From the NCBI RefSeq assembly GCF_009834535.1, contig NC_045696.1, positions 1,054,001 to 1,118,000 on the forward strand: DNA of 64,000 nt, given 5' to 3'. The notes under the pieces were generated by a model. It worked only from the letters and a program-made list of their open reading frames with translations, was not told the DNA's origin and did not search any database. Of this stretch, positions 63,044 to 64,000 are shown in pieces; the first letter of the stretch is position 1, and the number at the start of each line of letters is the position of its first letter. Source of the stretch: Camelus ferus. Its lineage: Eukaryota. A program made the translations under genes and the position numbers.

Positions 63044-64000
63044 GCTCGGCGGGCCGGAGCGTCTGTACCGCAGGATGCTGCGCCCTCCACCACGGTGCAT
63101 CCGCTCGGCCAGCCGCGCTCTGGCCGCCGCCGGGACCAGGCCGGGGGCGGGGCTGGTCAGGGGGCGGGGCGGGTAGGCCGCGGGGAGCAGGGACGGGCCA
63201 GGGCAGTGGGCGGGAAGGGGGCGGGGCAGAGGGCAGGGTGGGGCCCGAGGCCCGCGGCCCGGGTCGGGCGGGGTGCGCGGTGCTGGGGCCTGGGGCGCCG
63301 AATACACGCGGAGCAGAGCGGGGTGCGGACCCGGGATCTGGTCACCGGCTGTTCCCCGGGTCCTAGCACCCCTGTGCTGCAGCCGCTCTTTCTCCCCCCA
63401 CCCCCAGTCCCCAGGCAGCGTGACCTGCCCCCGCCCCGGTAGGAGCTGCCCGCTGCCTGCCCGAGGCGGCGCATGGGGTTCAGGGCTGCAAACCCGGGGC
63501 AAGGTCCGCGCACACGCAGTGTGTCCAGCCTGGCCTTTATTCGGGAAGGGGATTCGCCCTCAGGCCGAGTTCCGTGGGGTCAGCGGGAAGGCGGGCGATT
63601 TGAACAAAGACGTTCCTGGACAAGGGACAGCGGATGGAGGAGGAGGAAGCTGGGGTCCTCCTGCCCCGCCTCGTGGGCGCCGCGGCAGCTCACCCCGCCT
63701 TGCCTCCGCCTGGGGCTGGGGCCTGGACGGTCGAGCTCCCCATGCCCGGCTCCCCACGGAGCGCCGCCGCCTGAAACGCTGCTGGCAGATGGGCCTGCTC
63801 CCCACGAAGGTTCTGGTGGCCGCCCTGGCGCTCTCCTGTCCCCAAAACCTGGCCCAGGAGGCCCCGCTCCCTGCTGGAGGCCCAGCTGCCTACCAGGGCC
63901 TTGCAGGCTCCCTGCAGCTCAGAGCTATGTCTGGCCTTCTCCATTTCCTCAGGCCAGTGCTGGGAGAACCCCCCACCCCCGCCTGACCTGAGGCCTCCAG

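Larger units (their letters stand above)
61950..63520 (-). promoter_or_regulatory. CpG island / promoter P1 (short isoform) with GC boxes
   Basis: Very dense CpG around exons 1-2; GGGGCGGGG Sp/KLF boxes near 63144, 63161 and 63218, 100-185 nt upstream of the ATG; no TATA box seen. Boundaries approximate. Confidence 0.85.

Overview
This is GC-rich mammalian genomic DNA, not prokaryotic. It holds the 5' part of COL18A1 (collagen XVIII alpha-1, the endostatin precursor) on the minus strand. I mapped 13 coding exons by hand, all with GT-AG boundaries and consistent phases. A CpG-island promoter (P1) drives exons 1-2 (short-isoform signal peptide). About 39 kb further into the gene is the alternative first exon 3 (own signal peptide, DUF959-type region, internal donor for the medium isoform, Frizzled cysteine-rich domain for the long isoform). 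Then come the TSPN/LamG exon and the first collagenous exons; the gene continues past position 1. The short-isoform exons join into 1431 nt (477 codons) without a break. The main anomaly is two separate +1 insertions in the long-isoform part of exon 3, which take an otherwise intact Frizzled domain out of frame. This is either an assembly error or a real isoform-specific lesion, and a cryptic acceptor could restore the frame. Introns contain L1, MaLR/MLT1, MIR and L2 fossils, including a 5'-inverted (twin-primed) L1 with target-site duplications and two nested younger L1s. The young L1 3' ends look cetartiodactyl-like and I recognised no ruminant, pig or whale SINEs, so a camelid origin is a tentative guess. 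Most ORFs in the six-frame track are GC-content artefacts. Ortholog and repeat-family comparisons are from memory, not from a search. I found no evidence of a wholly new biological system.
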